Of a stretch of DNA of 20,648 nt, positions 17,246 through 20,648 are shown piece after piece. The notes below the pieces were generated by a model. It had not been told where the DNA came from, made no database searches, and saw only the letters and a program-made list of their open reading frames with translations. Where the stretch lies: positions 845-21,492 of the forward strand of contig PMWA01000091.1 in assembly GCA_003166335.1 (NCBI GenBank), in the 5' to 3' direction. The position numbers were made by a program, and so were the translations under genes. This DNA is from Methanobacterium sp. (GTDB taxonomy: Archaea > Methanobacteriota > Methanobacteria > Methanobacteriales > Methanobacteriaceae). Positions within the stretch are counted from its first letter, which is position 1; the number at the start of each line of letters is the position of its first letter.

Positions 17246-17746
17246 GTGAAAAAATTGGATTTAATTAAGTACAAACCAATCGGGATTATAAAATCCCCAT
17301 TTAAAAACTTAGAAGGCATGCCTATACAACCAATCGGTGCTTGCGGTGTTACTGGAGAAATACATATTGAAGACGAGTATAAGGAGGGACTTACTGATCT
17401 AGAGGAATTTTCCCATATAATGCTCATTTACCATCTTCACTTGTCAAGAGGATATTCCTTAAGTGTTAAACCTTTTTAGGATAATAAGATGCATGGTGTG
17501 TTTGCAACTAGGGCTCCAAAACGCCCTAATCCTATAGGATTATCAGTGGTTCGTCTTATAAAAGTGGAGGGTAATGTATTACATATTTCAAATGTTGATA
17601 TTGTGGATGATACACCTTTACTTGATATAAAACCGTATATTCCTCATTTTGATAAAGATGAGGGTGAAGAACTATGTATCGGGTGGTTTGAGGATAAGTA
17701 TCATGAAGCGGTTAATAAAAAGTCAGATAATAGATATTCAAATTAA
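17246..17746 (+). pseudogene. tsaA: tRNA m6t6A37 methyltransferase TsaA/TrmO family, interrupted by an in-frame TAG at 17477-17479
   Basis: The two ORF-track pieces are in the same frame (KPF*DNKMHGVFATRAPKRPNPIGLS); PIGIIKSPF, LEEFSH and DTPLLDIKPY motifs. Confidence 0.8.
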
Positions 17747-17776
17747 AAAAAAATAAATTTTTTGATAATTAAATTT

Positions 17777-19480
17777 TTAGAATTCTTCCATTTGGTTTAA
17801 ATCCATCAGTGTTTCCACTGCTTTAGCTTCCACATGAATATCCGCCTCTCTAATTGCTGCGATGGGATTTAAGCCTCCTGGAGTTACTATGCCTGCGTGA
17901 TATCGCTCTACTATGGCATTATAAATAAATTCGCTGGGTTTACCTACTTTTAGAATTGAGAATCCTGCTTCCTCGATTTTTTTTAATATATCTAATGCAT
18001 CGGGTCGTGCGATGTATGGTATTTCCTTTAAACTAGCTAATATTCTTCCTTTAGTTTTTAATGCATCTAAGACGGAAGTCATGCCTTTAGATAAATATAT
18101 TTCATGAGGATCTAATGAAGATCCACTATAAGCGGTGAGTTCTATAAATCGGGGTGTTTTGATGTCGGTTTCCAGAATTCCTCCATATTGGGGTGCGGCG
18201 GGTATACTATTTTTATTTAATATGCCATCTATGGTTAAACTGCAAACAGTGACGATGCTGGTTTTACCTTCTTCAAGGTGGGGTATGGTTTGATAATATT
18301 TACTTATACTGTATTCTGGTTTAGAATTCATTACTTGGCTGAAAATATTTAATGCATCTTCCAAATCTTCAGTTTTTACATGGGAGATATTAGTGATAAC
18401 TTTACCTTGATGGGTTTCCAGATCGAAATCCACTTTATAGATGAGATTCCACGCTTTTGAGAGAAAAAATTTAACTTTAGCTGTAGTTTCAGGGCCTGTT
18501 GTTTTTAATATAGGTTGTGGTTGAGTGATGCTTTTCATAGTTGAGAATTCTACCGTATTCTCGGCTAACTTTATATTTACTTGAAATCCAGCTTCTTTTG
18601 CAGCGCAAAGTGGACTGATGCCACCTATAACAGCGATACCTACCATATCATCGGCGACTGGAATTCCCAATACGGATTCTCCACTTTCACCTATTTTAAT
18701 CAAGCCTGATACACCGATTTTATTCATATCCTGGAAGGTTGCTATAGCTTTTAATCGAGCGCTTTGGGGGATTAAACGGAAGTTTGCGGGTATAAGTCCA
18801 TTTCCTTCACGCACTACTTGGAGTACTGAAGTCATTTCTCTATCAGTGAATGCTTCTAAAGGTGTAATAGACGTTTTTTTATAAGCTATAAGCTCCGTGA
18901 ATCTGATGGGAGTATATTCTTCAATTTCCACTAATCCACCATACTGTGGAATAACCGGTATTCCTTGTTTGAGTAACATTCCATCTATGGTGGTTCCGCA
19001 GATGGTATCTAATTTCACATAGTCCTGTTCTTTGTTTTCACCCTGTGGAGTATTGATTCTTACATAGGGACTTACAGCTATACCATGCCCGAAAACTTCT
19101 TTGATGATGTCTATGATTTCTACATTGTAAGGGAAAGTGGATGAGTTGACTACTACGTTTCCTTTGGCGTTTTGAGGGTTGAGGGTGGTTTTATAGATCA
19201 TATCCTCAAATTTGCTGAATATGAAGTCAACTTGATCATAAATGAGGCCTTTATCTAATTCTTTTAATCCTTTTTCGGTTATTTCCCTACCTGCATATCC
19301 TTGGCGTTCGGTGAAGCCTTTTTCATCTAGGATACGCATATGGTATCTTACGGCTCTTTCTCCGAGGTCGTAACCTTTCCTTTTGAGTTCTTCGGCAATG
19401 GTTTTGGCTCCGAGAATTTCTTCACGGTCGGCTAGAATTCTCAAAATCTCAATCATTTTACGATCGGTTTCTTCAGGCAT
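17777..19480 (-). CDS. nrpR: Global nitrogen repressor NrpR (wHTH plus two NRD/DUF128 domains)
   Basis: N-terminal wHTH (IEILRIL...GAKTIA...LGERAVRYH), two repeated NRD domains (TICGTTIDG / TVCSLTIDG, PQYGG, RFxEL); adjacent to glnA. Confidence 0.92.
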   Translation of the reverse strand: MPEETDRKMIEILRILADREEILGAKTIAEELKRKGYDLGERAVRYHMRILDEKGFTERQGYAGREITEKGLKELDKGLIYDQVDFIFSKFEDMIYKTTLNPQNAKGNVVVNSSTFPYNVEIIDIIKEVFGHGIAVSPYVRINTPQGENKEQDYVKLDTICGTTIDGMLLKQGIPVIPQYGGLVEIEEYTPIRFTELIAYKKTSITPLEAFTDREMTSVLQVVREGNGLIPANFRLIPQSARLKAIATFQDMNKIGVSGLIKIGESGESVLGIPVADDMVGIAVIGGISPLCAAKEAGFQVNIKLAENTVEFSTMKSITQPQPILKTTGPETTAKVKFFLSKAWNLIYKVDFDLETHQGKVITNISHVKTEDLEDALNIFSQVMNSKPEYSISKYYQTIPHLEEGKTSIVTVCSLTIDGILNKNSIPAAPQYGGILETDIKTPRFIELTAYSGSSLDPHEIYLSKGMTSVLDALKTKGRILASLKEIPYIARPDALDILKKIEEAGFSILKVGKPSEFIYNAIVERYHAGIVTPGGLNPIAAIREADIHVEAKAVETLMDLNQMEEF

Positions 19481-19580
19481 TTATTCACCTTAGAAAAAAT
19501 AATTTTCTGAATAAAATATTAATTTTTTTTATGGATTAAAGGGTTATTTTTAAAGTTGAAAAATAAATAAATAATGGTAG

Positions 19581-19610
19581 TGGAACACAAAATTTTTATT
19601 TGGTGTCCCA
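19581..19610 (-). terminator. Stem-loop followed by a U-rich tract downstream of glnA (terminator or 3' stabiliser)
   Basis: On the minus strand, UGGGACAC...GUGUUCCA forms 8 bp with one G-U pair, 21 nt after the glnA stop, followed by AUUAUUUAUUUAUUUUU. Confidence 0.45.
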
Positions 19611-19631
19611 TAACTGATTTTTTTTATATCT

Positions 19632-20648
19632 TTATAGGATGTGATAATATTTCTCGAGTTCCCAGGGGGTTACTTGTAGTTTGTATTCTTCGCATTCCTT
19701 TTTCTTAAGGGCGATGAATCTTTCGAAGCTGTGTGAACCGAGTGTTTCTTTAACTAGTTCGGATTTTTCTGTCCGGGCTATTGCTTCTTCTAAGGAACCT
19801 GGTAAAGCATCAACTCCTTTGGCTTTCCTCTGTTCTTCATTCAAGTCGTAGAGGTTTAATTCCATGGGGTTGGGCATTTCATTACCTTCTTCTATTCCTT
19901 TAAGTCCGGCTGTGAGCATGACGGCTAATTGTAGATAAGGGTTACCTGATGGGTCGGGACATCTTAATTCCATTCTAGTTGCAACTTCTTTTCCTGGTTG
20001 GTAAAGTGGTACACGGATTAGTGCGGAACGATTTCTTCGTGACCATGCGATGTATACTGGTGCTTCGAATCCTGGTACTAGTCGTTTGAAAGAGTTAACC
20101 CAGGGTGCTAGTAGGGAGACTATTTCAGGTGAATATTTTAAAATTCCTCCAATGTAGGCTTTTGCATCGTCAGAGAGATTGTACTCATCTTCTGCATTGA
20201 AGAAAGCGTTATTTTTTCCTTTAAATAGTGATTGGTGGACGTGCATTCCGGACCCGTTTTCTCCAAATAGTGGTTTGGGCATGAAGGTTGCGTATAATCC
20301 GTATTTAGTGGCGACTTCTTTAACGGTTAATCTGTAGGTTACCATGTTGTCGGCCATTTTGAGTGCATCATCGTATCTCATATCAATTTCATGTTGGGAT
20401 GGTGCTACTTCGTGGTGGGAGTATTCTACACCTATTCCCATTTGTTTAAGTGATATTACTGTTTCTCTTCTTAGGTCGGAGGCCATGTCTAATGGTGTGA
20501 GGTCGAAGTATCCGCCTTGATCTATGGGTTCAGGGCATTTTGGTGAGGCGAAGTAGAAGTATTCGAGTTCAGGTCCGACATAGAAGTGGTCGAAGCCCAT
20601 TTTCTCCATTTTTGTTAGGGCTCTTCTTAGAATGTAACGTGGATCTCC
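19632..20648 (-). CDS. glnA: Glutamine synthetase type I, 5' end outside the window
   Basis: The frame stays open to the window edge (GDPRYILRRALTKM...). Motifs: GPELEY, HHEVAPSQHEID, ATFMPKPLFGENGSGMHVHQS, KRLVPGFEAP, NRSALIRVP, RMELRCPD. Confidence 0.96.
   Translation of the reverse strand, partial: GDPRYILRRALTKMEKMGFDHFYVGPELEYFYFASPKCPEPIDQGGYFDLTPLDMASDLRRETVISLKQMGIGVEYSHHEVAPSQHEIDMRYDDALKMADNMVTYRLTVKEVATKYGLYATFMPKPLFGENGSGMHVHQSLFKGKNNAFFNAEDEYNLSDDAKAYIGGILKYSPEIVSLLAPWVNSFKRLVPGFEAPVYIAWSRRNRSALIRVPLYQPGKEVATRMELRCPDPSGNPYLQLAVMLTAGLKGIEEGNEMPNPMELNLYDLNEEQRKAKGVDALPGSLEEAIARTEKSELVKETLGSHSFERFIALKKKECEEYKLQVTPWELEKYYHIL

Noticed and set aside
17477..17479. Pyrrolysine read-through of the tsaA TAG
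   Set aside because: Methanobacteriales are not known to encode the Pyl system, the position corresponds to an ordinary Leu, and neighbouring genes use TAG as a real stop (e.g. fwdF, fwdA).
12716..18884. Other overlapping opposite-strand ORFs (12716-13024, 13693-13887, 14039-14356, 15256-15958, 16198-16515, 16963-17148, 17203-17427, 18618-18884)
   Set aside because: They are shadows of real genes with no recognisable protein features.
19481..19631. NrpR operator (GGAA-N6-TTCC) upstream of nrpR
   Set aside because: No match seen by eye; the glnA promoter, where one is expected, lies outside the window.
1..20648. CRISPR arrays, transposases, rRNA or tRNA genes
   Set aside because: None seen. 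The repeated sequences noticed are explained by ferredoxin motifs, FwdC beta-helix repeats and the paralog pairs.

Overview
An AT-rich methanogenic archaeal chromosome segment, most likely Methanobacterium or a close relative (inferred from gene content, GGTG/GGAGG ribosome-binding sites and TATA boxes). Left part: mobB and the 5' end of moaA (minus strand) diverge from a complete formylmethanofuran dehydrogenase operon, fwdH-F-G-D-B-A-C, which is followed by two tandem DUF2097-like genes. Middle part (about 8.2-17.8 kb): a mostly minus-strand Mo/W-related accessory region. It holds a WtpABC/ModABC-type oxyanion ABC transporter, a radical SAM/SPASM enzyme paired with a small 'MKIRGDFVTNSSSTSF' protein, an RHH regulator, an FmdE-family protein, a second fwdF-like polyferredoxin and a Mop/TOBE protein. 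It also holds four disrupted genes: an ABC ATPase remnant, an internally deleted methyltransferase, a frameshifted ferredoxin and a tsaA with a nonsense codon. Right part: nrpR and a partial glnA. The most notable unexplained signals are a ~130-nt nested multi-stem element upstream of fmdE (candidate archaeal cis-regulatory RNA or ncRNA), the rSAM plus TNSSS-motif protein pair, twin palindromic operators around the fwd promoter (candidate sites for the HTH-ferredoxin FwdH) and a ModE-like palindrome straddling a TATA box. All calls come from reading the sequence by eye; no searches or folding programs were run.
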